DNA of 64,000 nucleotides from a virus (Duplodnaviria; Caudoviricetes): IMG/VR virus record IMGVR_UViG_2588253764_000003; one strand, 5' to 3'. Shown piece by piece: positions 42,212 to 51,831 of this stretch (position 1 is its first letter; each line of letters starts with the position of its first letter). The notes under the pieces were generated by a model. It saw only the letters and a program-made list of their open reading frames with translations, ran no database searches and was not told where the DNA came from. The position numbers and the translations under genes were made by a program.

Positions 42212-45200
42212 ATGCTGCAATCTCTTAAGTCTGATCATGAACATGTCACGCTACGCTCTCTGTTGGAATATTATCGTCAACAAGCTAAATCACCCCGTGA
42301 ATTGGGAACGCTGTTTGAAAACCTTGTCATGGTTTATTTGAGTGAAGACCCGTTGCAAAAGCAAGAATACGAAAAGGTTCAAACTTATTTGGAATGGGCT
42401 AAGGAACATGATGAAGATGGGCGTGATATTGGGATTGATTTGGTGGCTACAATCCGTGATCAAGGAGGATATGCGGCTATTCAATGTAAATGCTATGATG
42501 CTTCTCACATCATTAAAAAAGAAGATATTGATAGCTTTATCGCTGCCTCAGGGAAAAAGATTTTTACGCGTCGTATTCTCGTTGATAGCACCGAAAGCAA
42601 TTGGAGTGATAATGCTAACAACACTTGTGATGGTCAAGAAGTTCGTATTCAACAGATTAATCTGTTTGATTTAGAAAACAGTCAAATTGATTGGGGCGCT
42701 TATAAAGAACGAGGACAAGCCGTCCTTAAAGAGCAACCGAAAAAAAAGCTTTTAGATCATCAGATAGAAGCGCTTGAAAGAGTTTGTGAAGGTTTACAAG
42801 AAGCAGACCGTGGCAAGCTTATTATGGCATGTGGTACGGGTAAAACATTCACCAGTCTTAAGATAGCAGAAACCATAGCAGGAAAAGGCAAGCGTGTGTT
42901 GTTTTTAGTGCCCTCCCTTGCTTTGATGTCACAAACAATCCGTGAATGGACCCTTGATACAGAAATCCCCTTGCGTTCCTTTGCGGTGTGTTCGGATACA
43001 CAAGTAGGCAAGCGTCGTAAAGGCAAACATGATGATGAATCTGGTCTTGATGCATCAGATCTTGTCTTGCCGGCGACCACGGATTCACAAGAGCTTGCGC
43101 GTAAAGCCAATAAGACCTCTCTTGATGTGATGACGGTGGTCTTTTCAACTTATCATTCCATTCAAGTGATTTCGGATGCACAAAAGGAATATGATTTACC
43201 CGAATTTGATTTAATCATTTGCGATGAAGCGCATAGAACAACTGGGGTTGTGTTAGGAACAGACAAGCATGAATCTGAATTTATCAAGGTTCATGATAAC
43301 AGCATCATTCGGGGTAAAAAACGTCTGTATATGACTGCAACGCCTAAGATCTTTGCTGATAGTGCTAAAAAACAAGCCCATGAAATGAATGGCATTTTAG
43401 CGTCTATGGATGATGAAGCCCTCTATGGAAAAAATCTTTACACCTATACATTCTCAAAAGCCGTTAAGAATGAACTCTTAGTTCCTTATAAGATTATTAT
43501 CTTAGGCGTTAATGAAGAGGAAGTGAGTGAATCCATTCAACATCTGATGACCGATGAGAATTATGAACTTACTCTTGATGATAAAACCAAAATCATAGGC
43601 TGTTATCAAGCTCTTAGCAAAATAGATCTAAAAGTTGATCTGAGTGATGACCCTAACCCTATGCGTCGGGCTTTGGCTTTTTGTAAAGATATCAAGACTT
43701 CTGAACGTATCCGTGACACATTCAATTCTCAAGAAATACAGAAAGAATTATATAATCTTCATAAGCTCTATAAAGAGACGCCGCCTCTTCAGTGTACCTT
43801 TGCTCATATTGATGGAACGCAAAGTGCCAAGAAGCGCAATGAAGCCCTTGATTGGTTAAAGGAAGATGCGGGGGAAAATACTTGTCGTGTGCTGACCAAT
43901 GTAAGATGTCTTTCTGAGGGTGTTGATGTTCCTGCTCTTGATGCGATCATGTTTTTACACCCGCGCAAAAGCCAAGTGGATGTGATACAGGCGGTGGGGC
44001 GTATCATGCGCCGTGCCAAAGGCAAGAAAAGAGGCTATATCATTTTACCCGTTGGGGTGCCGGCTGGGATTTCTGCTGAAGAGGCTTTAAAATACAACAA
44101 GAGATACAGTGTTGTCTGGCAAGTGATCAATGCTTTGCTTGCTCATGATGAGAATTTCGAAATCACCCTTAACCAGATGATTTTAGGGCAAGACGTTAGT
44201 GATGTTTTGGAGATTAGCGCCTTAAAGAGCATGACAGCGGTTGAGGATAAAATCTATGTTTATGAGAAACCAGAAAGCGCGGGGCTTGAGATTGGAAAAG
44301 CAGCCTATGAACCACAAAAATACATTCATAGTGTTACAGGAAGATTACCCTTTTATAAAGAGTTTCCCAATGCCCTTAAAACCCTTTTGGCTAAGAAATT
44401 TACCCTTGCCGATTACTGGGGCATATGGGCGGGCAATGTTGCTGAAATTGCTCAAAACCATATCAATCGTCTTAAAGATATACTTTCTGATGAAACCAGT
44501 GAAGCTTTTCATGCTTTTGAGAGCTTTCACAAAGAACTCAAAAACAACTTAAACAGTGAAATAAAACAAGAGGAAGCGCTTGAGATGTTAGCACAACATC
44601 TTGTGACGCGTCCCGTATTTGAAGCCTTGTTTGATGGCAATGAATTTGTGCAAAACAATGCCATTTCGCAAGCGATGGAAAAGATTTTAGCTGAGTTGGA
44701 TAAAACCAATATCAAGCAAGTATCAAAAGAGTTACAAGAGTTTTATGACAGTGTGAAATTCCGTGCCTCTGGGATTACCTCCCCCCAAGCAAGACAAAAC
44801 CTTATTATCAAGCTTTATGAAGATTTTTTTACCAAGGCATTTAAGAAAACTACGGATAGGCTTGGGATTGTTTATACGCCCGTTGAGGTTGTTGATTTTA
44901 TCATTCATTCTGTTGATGATGTATTGCGGAATGAGTTTGGAAAAAGCCTTGGGTCACGTGGTGTTTCTATTCTTGACCCTTTCACTGGAACTGGAACCTT
45001 TATCACAAGGCTTTTACAATCCAATCTCATCAAACCAGAGGATATGGAATATAAGTTCCGTCATGATATCCATGCCAATGAGATTGTTTTGCTTGCTTAT
45101 TACATAGCAGCGATTAACATTGAATCGACTTATCATAGTCTTATGAAAGGTGAATATATCCCTTTCAAGCATATTGGTTTGACCGATACGTTCCGAATGC

Positions 45201-47185
45201 TTGAAGAGAAGAACCTGCTACAGGAATTATTCAAAGAAAACAGTGAATATTTAGAGCATCAAAAGAAACTGGATATCAAAGTTATCCTTGGTAACCCTCC
45301 TTATTCAACAAAGCAAAAAAACGAAAATGATAATGCAAAGAATACTCCTTATCCTATTTTAGATAAACGTATTAGTGAAACTTATGCTGCTCATTCAAAA
45401 GCAACCAATATGCAAGCTCTTTACGATAGCTATATCCGTGCTATACGCTGGGCTAGTGACCGTATTGGTAATGCTGGGGTAATCGGATTTGTTACAAATG
45501 CCGGTTTTATTACTGGACATTCTATGGATAGTTTACGCAAATGCCTCGTTGAGGAATTTTCAAGCCTTTATATTTTCCATTTGCGGGGGAATGCTCGGAC
45601 TTCTGGAGAACAACGTAAGAAAGAAAGTGGTGGAATTTTTGGTTCTGGCTCTCGTGCCCCTATAGCGATTTCTATTTTGGTTAAAAATCCAAATGCACAG
45701 CAGCATGGTAAGATATATTTTCGTGATATTGGCGACTATCTCAATAGAGAAGAAAAACTCACGATAATTGAAAAACTTAGAAGTATTGATGGCATTACAC
45801 GAAGCAAAAAAGGTTGGCAAATAATAAAACCGGATAGACATAATGATTGGCTTAGTCAACGCGATGATAGTTTCAAGACGTTTCTAGCTTTAGGTGTTAA
45901 AAAAGGGCATGATCAAAAGCTTTTTGAAAATTTTTCTCGTGGTATTATGACAAGCCGTGATGCTTGGGCATATAACTCAAGCCGTGAAACACTAGCAAAA
46001 AATATGCGTAATATGATTGCCTTTTATAACAGTGAGGTTGAACGTTTTAATAATAGCTATTCACATGCTGATCATAAGTTACGTACCAATGCTATAGATA
46101 GTTTCGTAAACTCAGATGAAAGAAAAATCAGTTGGAGTTATAATCTCAAACGAGACTTGGTAAAAGGAAAGTCTTTCAACTTTGAAGAAGCTTGCCTTAC
46201 ACAAAGTCTTTATCGCCCTTTTACACGACAGTGGCTTTATTGTGATGCTGCTCTAAATTGCGATGGCGCTTATCAGATGCGAATATTTCCGATAGGACAA
46301 GCGGTTGAAAACAGAATGATACAAATTACAGGCATAGGAGCAAAGAAAGACTTTTCTGTGCTTATGACTAAAGTTGTATCTGATGTTAATATGATGGAAG
46401 GTGGTAGTCAATGCTTTCCACGCTATATTTACGAAGACACTACGGTTTCAAAAAATAAAAACAAGGAACAATCCCATTTATTTACGAATTCTACAGAAAA
46501 TAGTAAAACAGCTGGTTTGCAACGCCGTGATGCTATTACTGATGAAGGATTAGCACATTTTAAAGCTGCTTATCCTAATGAAAAAATCGCTAAAGATGAT
46601 TTATTCTATTATGTTTACGGTTTACTTCATTCAAAAGATTATCGCTCTCGTTATGCTGATAACCTTTCTAAAGAACTGCCTCGTATCCCTTGTGTAAAGA
46701 GTACTGATGATTTTTGGAAGTTTGTAACAGCAGGACGTGAACTCGGTCATTTGCACGTGAATTATGAAACTGTAGAGCCGTATCCAGTAACTTTTAAAAA
46801 GGGTAATCCAAAATTTACAGAGATCTCTAATCCCGAAAAATTCTATTATGTGACTGAAATGAAATTCGCAAAAATTAAGAATAGTAAGGAAAAGGATAAA
46901 TCAACAGTTATTTATAATAGCAATATTACCATAACAGATATCCCTCTTGAAGCTTATAAGTATATCGTCAATGGAAAACCCGCTCTTGAATGGGTTATGG
47001 GGCGTCAATGTGTAAAGACTGATAAAAAGAGTGGCATTGTTAATGATGCCAATCGCTATGCTGTTGAAACCATTGGCAACCCTGCCTACCCTCTAGAATT
47101 GTTTCAAAGGGTTATTACGGTAAGTTTAGAGACAATCAAAATTGTTAAGAATTTACCAAAATTAGAAATAAGAGAAACTGAATAA
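42212..47185 (+). CDS. Type ISP RM enzyme (El3 allele, intact)
   Basis: Mrr-like GIDLV...IQCK nuclease, MACGTGKT, DEAH, DPFTGTGTF, GNPPY and a C-terminal target-recognition region. Confidence 0.93.
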   Translation: MLQSLKSDHEHVTLRSLLEYYRQQAKSPRELGTLFENLVMVYLSEDPLQKQEYEKVQTYLEWAKEHDEDGRDIGIDLVATIRDQGGYAAIQCKCYDASHIIKKEDIDSFIAASGKKIFTRRILVDSTESNWSDNANNTCDGQEVRIQQINLFDLENSQIDWGAYKERGQAVLKEQPKKKLLDHQIEALERVCEGLQEADRGKLIMACGTGKTFTSLKIAETIAGKGKRVLFLVPSLALMSQTIREWTLDTEIPLRSFAVCSDTQVGKRRKGKHDDESGLDASDLVLPATTDSQELARKANKTSLDVMTVVFSTYHSIQVISDAQKEYDLPEFDLIICDEAHRTTGVVLGTDKHESEFIKVHDNSIIRGKKRLYMTATPKIFADSAKKQAHEMNGILASMDDEALYGKNLYTYTFSKAVKNELLVPYKIIILGVNEEEVSESIQHLMTDENYELTLDDKTKIIGCYQALSKIDLKVDLSDDPNPMRRALAFCKDIKTSERIRDTFNSQEIQKELYNLHKLYKETPPLQCTFAHIDGTQSAKKRNEALDWLKEDAGENTCRVLTNVRCLSEGVDVPALDAIMFLHPRKSQVDVIQAVGRIMRRAKGKKRGYIILPVGVPAGISAEEALKYNKRYSVVWQVINALLAHDENFEITLNQMILGQDVSDVLEISALKSMTAVEDKIYVYEKPESAGLEIGKAAYEPQKYIHSVTGRLPFYKEFPNALKTLLAKKFTLADYWGIWAGNVAEIAQNHINRLKDILSDETSEAFHAFESFHKELKNNLNSEIKQEEALEMLAQHLVTRPVFEALFDGNEFVQNNAISQAMEKILAELDKTNIKQVSKELQEFYDSVKFRASGITSPQARQNLIIKLYEDFFTKAFKKTTDRLGIVYTPVEVVDFIIHSVDDVLRNEFGKSLGSRGVSILDPFTGTGTFITRLLQSNLIKPEDMEYKFRHDIHANEIVLLAYYIAAINIESTYHSLMKGEYIPFKHIGLTDTFRMLEEKNLLQELFKENSEYLEHQKKLDIKVILGNPPYSTKQKNENDNAKNTPYPILDKRISETYAAHSKATNMQALYDSYIRAIRWASDRIGNAGVIGFVTNAGFITGHSMDSLRKCLVEEFSSLYIFHLRGNARTSGEQRKKESGGIFGSGSRAPIAISILVKNPNAQQHGKIYFRDIGDYLNREEKLTIIEKLRSIDGITRSKKGWQIIKPDRHNDWLSQRDDSFKTFLALGVKKGHDQKLFENFSRGIMTSRDAWAYNSSRETLAKNMRNMIAFYNSEVERFNNSYSHADHKLRTNAIDSFVNSDERKISWSYNLKRDLVKGKSFNFEEACLTQSLYRPFTRQWLYCDAALNCDGAYQMRIFPIGQAVENRMIQITGIGAKKDFSVLMTKVVSDVNMMEGGSQCFPRYIYEDTTVSKNKNKEQSHLFTNSTENSKTAGLQRRDAITDEGLAHFKAAYPNEKIAKDDLFYYVYGLLHSKDYRSRYADNLSKELPRIPCVKSTDDFWKFVTAGRELGHLHVNYETVEPYPVTFKKGNPKFTEISNPEKFYYVTEMKFAKIKNSKEKDKSTVIYNSNITITDIPLEAYKYIVNGKPALEWVMGRQCVKTDKKSGIVNDANRYAVETIGNPAYPLELFQRVITVSLETIKIVKNLPKLEIRETE

Positions 47186-47496
47186 CTTATAAAGCATGCT
47201 CACATAATGGGTATGATAAACGCATAAGGGGTATAGAGCTTATAACCATAATCTATACCTCTTTTGTTAAGTTTATTACATCTAATCTTTAAAAGGATAA
47301 TTTGTCATGCGTTATTCTAAAAAGAAAAAACTTGCACTTTTAGATACTCTCATTTGGATTGCTTTAAGACTTTTAAGAAACCCCATCTTAAATAAAATTA
47401 GATTTTTTTACATTGCCTTTAAGAGGTTATATCGTAATCTAAAATGAGTGCTTTATTGTTTTCAAAAGCTTTGTTTAAAGAGAGTTATATATATTC

Positions 47497-47708
47497 ATTT
47501 TGCTTATAGGTTTTGAAGGTGTAAAAACCGTCAAAACCCCCTCAAAACGTATATTATTGGTTGAATTTAGAGGTTGTGTTATCAATATGGGTTGTTTTTT
47601 TAAGGTCTATAAAATCTTAACATATTGAAATATAATGTTTTTACTTTTTATCGTTTTTTTACATAATAGCAGCAACCCTCAAAACTCAAAACCCCGTCAA
47701 AACTCATA
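47497..47708. repeat. Inverted iteron module downstream of the RM gene
   Basis: Inverted copy of 41710-41921. Also present at 59544-59756. Confidence 0.6.
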
Positions 47709-48493
47709 ACTATAATGATCTTGATAGCATCTCTTATGAGTTACAAGCTATCTTTTGAAAAGCTTTAAAGGATCACATGATTTTCATAAAGCACGTTGTA
47801 ATCAATTCTCAAAATCATAAGGTTATCATTCAAAAGAACTGATTAAAATTCATAAAAGGGATTTTGATAACGTAATCAGTTTTTAATTTCATATGCTTTT
47901 CATAAGATACGTGTTAATCACTCACTAAAAATATAATTTTATCTTTTAAAAAGAACTAATCAAAATAACAAAAGCCTATTAAAAGGGATTTTGCTAATCT
48001 CTATAATTATCAATCTCTCTTTAGATATTTTCATAACAGTCTATAAATCGTAATTATCCTATTTATCGTTTCTCTTATGAAAATGAAAAATGATGCCATG
48101 GCTATAAAGCATATAACAGCTATAAAGAATGCATAAAAACAGTAGCTTTGTTTGAATAAAGCAAAAATGCAAATGAATGCATTGGTTATAAGAGCGCGGT
48201 GCCTATTAAGATAGTTCAAATGATAAATGCGTTATAAACAAAATTCACAAAAAAATTAAAATTCATTTAGTGAAAAAAACTGATAGTTTATAAAGATAAA
48301 AATACGCATTATGAGAGCGTTTCTAAATATTATAAATGTATAGATTCAAAAAACAACGCAATCGTTTTATAAAGCCCATAATATAGCTTTAAAAGCACAT
48401 AAATATAAAAGAAGCAATTCATAAGCACATGATATTATCAATACATAATGTATCTAAAAAAATACAAAAAATATCAAAAAAATAAAATATTAA

Positions 48494-48522
48494 TTGACAA
48501 TAAATACGTATTTTGTTATATA
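48494..48522 (+). promoter_or_regulatory. Sigma70-type promoter
   Basis: TTGACA (48494) - N17 - TATATA (48517), with a TG extension. Confidence 0.65.
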
Positions 48523-48639
48523 AATAATCAAGTGATGAAAAACACTTTAAACAGTAAGCGGATAGGTTACGAAACAATCTTTCCAAAGCTTTTAAAACTG
48601 ACTATCTTTTATGCTTTAATTAGCATATATGATGATTTT

Positions 48640-48721
48640 GTCGGGTGTGGTCACACCATACAATACTCTTTATGAGAAAAGTGTGACGACGGACTTACTG
48701 CCGTGTTTTTCAACGCCCGGC
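48640..48721 (+). ncRNA. C4/CI-like antisense RNA (El3 allele)
   Basis: Stems GTCGGGTGT/ACGCCCGGC, GTCACAC/GTGTGAC and ACGG/CCGT. CTTACTG and GTGTTTTTCA are complementary to boxes at 48536-48558 and 48741-48762. Confidence 0.75.
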
Positions 48722-48770
48722 TCCCTTATAGGGTTGTCAATGAAAAACGTATAATCAGTAAGGTTTAAAT

Positions 48771-49430
48771 ATGAAAAATATCTCAAAAAACACCCCCATT
48801 AATAAGAAAAAAACATCTAAAAAATATGAGTTTACTGGCGAAATGGATTTTGTGACTGGTCTCATATTATACCGTATACGTGCTTTAAGAGATTTTGGGG
48901 ATGTCAAAGCGGGCGATCTAGGGGGGTATATTGAAAACGAAAGTAACTTATCTCACAAAGGCAATTGCTGGGTGTATGACAAAGCGCGTGTCTTTCAAAA
49001 TGCAAGGGTTTCAGGCAATGCTAAAGTAAAAAGCTTTTTTGTTGACGTTTGTGGTAATGCAAGAATTTATGGTAATGCTATTTTTGAAGGCATGTTATTA
49101 AAGGACAATGCAAAGCTTTATGGCAATGCTCATGTTAGCAATGCCGTTGTAATTGAAGGTAATGCTAAAATTTATGATAACGCCCGCGTCACTAATCATG
49201 CTCATATTTGTGATGGCTCGCGTGTTTTTGATGATGCCGTGGTTTGTGGGGCTCTTATCTCTGGCGATTCTTATGTTCACAGCGCCGCCTCTTTAACTGC
49301 TGATGATCATATTTGGGATGAGGCATATCCTGAATTTGGGAGTGAAGATGATTATTATCGTCATGAATATTATGCTGATTGTGAGGGGTATTATGACGAT
49401 GATAGCGAATATGAAAATGATGCTGCGTAA
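48771..49430 (+). CDS. Hexapeptide-repeat protein, 219 aa, acidic tail
   Basis: Conserved N-domain plus repeats, and a D/E/Y-rich C-terminus. Confidence 0.85.
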   Translation: MKNISKNTPINKKKTSKKYEFTGEMDFVTGLILYRIRALRDFGDVKAGDLGGYIENESNLSHKGNCWVYDKARVFQNARVSGNAKVKSFFVDVCGNARIYGNAIFEGMLLKDNAKLYGNAHVSNAVVIEGNAKIYDNARVTNHAHICDGSRVFDDAVVCGALISGDSYVHSAASLTADDHIWDEAYPEFGSEDDYYRHEYYADCEGYYDDDSEYENDAA

Positions 49431-49512
49431 ATAACGCGCGGGCGCGGCGGGGGCGCCCCTCTTTAAAAATCTCATTTTAAAATTTATCAAATATAAACTT
49501 AGGGAGTTACCT

Positions 49513-50286
49513 ATGTCCACTATAACTGTATCTAAAAAATATGAATTGACTAATGAAAATCACACTTTTGAAGGGATTACTGTACACCGCATTCGTGCTT
49601 TAAGAGATTTTGATGATGTTAAGGCGGGGGCATTAGGTGGTTTTATTGAAAATGAAAGCAATCTCTCTCATGATGGGAATTGCTGGGTTTACGATAATGC
49701 TACCGTTTTTTGCAATGCCGTCGTTTCTGATAATGCAAAAATACGTAATGACGCCATTATTGCTAGGGAAGCTAAAGTTTATGGGAATGCCGTGGTTTGT
49801 GATAAGGCATGGGTATTCGGTCATGACGCTAGCATTTATGACAATGCAAAAATTAGTAACAATGCTAGGATCTGTGGTCTAGTTTATGGCAATGCCATGG
49901 TTTGTGATAATGCTAATGTTTCTCCTAATGCACATATTTATGATAATGCCCGTGTATATGAAAATGCTCATGTGAGTGGCTTTGTTTATGGGAATTCCCA
50001 TGTTTATGGTAAATCACGCATTTATGGGGGGGCGTGTATTTATGGCAATGCCCATGTCTTTTGTAATGCTTGGATTAAGAGTTTTGCAAGTATTTTTGAT
50101 GATGCAAAGGTTTCTGGCTCGGCTCGGGTGGGGTCCTTTGCAAGAATTTATGAAAATGCAAAGGTCTATGGTAAATCCAATATTGATCATGATGTACAAA
50201 TCTATGGTAATGCCGTGGTTAATAGTCGTGAAAAAATTACGAATGATATTTGTGATGATAACCAGTCTATAAAAGACGCTGCGTAA
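49513..50286 (+). CDS. Hexapeptide-repeat protein, 257 aa (absent from El4)
   Basis: Conserved N-domain plus repeats. GGGAG RBS. Confidence 0.85.
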   Translation: MSTITVSKKYELTNENHTFEGITVHRIRALRDFDDVKAGALGGFIENESNLSHDGNCWVYDNATVFCNAVVSDNAKIRNDAIIAREAKVYGNAVVCDKAWVFGHDASIYDNAKISNNARICGLVYGNAMVCDNANVSPNAHIYDNARVYENAHVSGFVYGNSHVYGKSRIYGGACIYGNAHVFCNAWIKSFASIFDDAKVSGSARVGSFARIYENAKVYGKSNIDHDVQIYGNAVVNSREKITNDICDDNQSIKDAA

Positions 50287-50367
50287 ATAATGCGCGGGCG
50301 CGGCGGGGGCGCCCCCTTTTAAATTCTTCATTTTAAAATTTAATCTTTTTTATAAAGGAATTGTGCC

Positions 50368-50946
50368 ATGCAAAAAAAGTTTGCACTCACAAATGAAACG
50401 CGTGTATTTGGTAATCATACCCTTTATCGTATCCAAGCATTAAAAGACTTTTCTGATGTTAAAGCTGGTGCCTTGGGCGGCTTTATCGAAAAGGAAGATA
50501 ACCTCTCTCATGATGGCAATTGCTGGGTTTATGATGATGCTCTTGTGTTTAAAAATGGTCACGTTTATGAAAACGCAAGGGTTTTTGGCAAGGCTGTCGC
50601 TTGTGGTCATATCTATGGTCATGCCCGCGTTTATGAGAATGCTATCGCTGCTGGCTATATTTATGATAATGCGCATGTTTATGGCAATGCCGTTGTTTCT
50701 GATAATTCCCGTGTCTATGGCAATGCTCATGTGTATGGCAAGGCTATTATTTATGATAATGCCTATGTTTATGACAATGCTAGGGTTTATGAAAACGCGC
50801 GTATAGCAAATGACGTGCATGTTTTTGAAAATGCTCATATCCATGGCATTGCTGTCATTCGTGAAAATGTCGGCGGGTCTACTAAAATAAAAACCTATAC
50901 TGAACGTCTCTCTCCTTATGGCGAGTTAGAAATTGTCTGGGTTTAA
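50368..50946 (+). CDS. Hexapeptide-repeat protein, 192 aa
   Basis: Near-identical to 13176-13754. Confidence 0.85.
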   Translation: MQKKFALTNETRVFGNHTLYRIQALKDFSDVKAGALGGFIEKEDNLSHDGNCWVYDDALVFKNGHVYENARVFGKAVACGHIYGHARVYENAIAAGYIYDNAHVYGNAVVSDNSRVYGNAHVYGKAIIYDNAYVYDNARVYENARIANDVHVFENAHIHGIAVIRENVGGSTKIKTYTERLSPYGELEIVWV

Positions 50947-51051
50947 TCAATAAAGCAGCGGCGGGCGCGGCGGGGGCGCCTGCTTTCAAAATAAATTTTC
51001 CATTTCAAATTTTATCAACTGTTTATCACATTAGATTGTGAGGGTACTCCT

Positions 51052-51831
51052 ATGTGCAAAAAATACGAATTAACCAGCGAAATCAAAAAAATCAAACATG
51101 CTCTTACGCGAAATATCACAAGCCTTTATCGCATTCGGGCTTTAAGAGATTTTGATGATATAAAAGCGGGTGCTTTAGGCGGTTTTATCGAAAAGGAAGT
51201 CAACCTATCCCATGATGGCAATTGCTGGGTCTATGATGATGCTTGTATCTATGGTCATGCCCGTGTTTATGATGATGCAAAAATACGGCATTATTCGCAA
51301 GTCTGTGGTCTCGTTTATGGCAATGCTGAGGTCTATGGCAAGGCTTTTGTCTCTCAATATGCAAAGATTTATGATCAGGCTTGTGTTTATGGGAGTGCTC
51401 ATGTGTATGGCAATGTGTATGGCAATGCTCATGTGAGTGGTGCTGCCCGCGTTCTTGCTGATGCTCATATTTATGACCATGCCCATGTTTCTTATGATGC
51501 TACGGTTTTTAGTTATGCACGCGTCTATGGTCATGCTAGGGTTTGTGGCTCTGCTTGCATTTATAGCCATGCCAAAATTTATAATTATGCTGTGATTAAT
51601 GGTCGTGCAAAGATTTATGGCAAGGTCTAAGGCAATGCGCGCGTGGGGGGCTCTTGTGAGGTTTATGGCTCTGTTTATGGCAATGCAAAAATCTTACATT
51701 GTGCAACAATCTGGGGGCGTGCTTATGGCAATGCAACAATCAATACAAAAAGCAAAGCAAAGTTGGTTCCCAAAAATTGTGAGGTTTATCAAAGCGATAA
51801 TGTCGTTAAGATTATTGATAAAACAGAATAA
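51052..51831 (+). pseudogene. Hexapeptide-repeat protein (259-aa type) with a premature stop
   Basis: TAA at 51628-51630 where the intact El4 copy has TAT. The frame continues to 51831. Confidence 0.85.

Noticed and set aside
48448-48675. 75-aa ORF MYLKKYKK... (also 58578-58805)
   Set aside because: It overlaps the promoter and antisense RNA, is not seen as an ORF in El2's equivalent region, and is low-complexity AT-rich sequence.
48640-48721. tRNA gene (cloverleaf-like, about 80 nt)
   Set aside because: No T-loop GTTCRA, D-loop or CCA. Complementarity to flanking boxes fits a C4-like antisense RNA.
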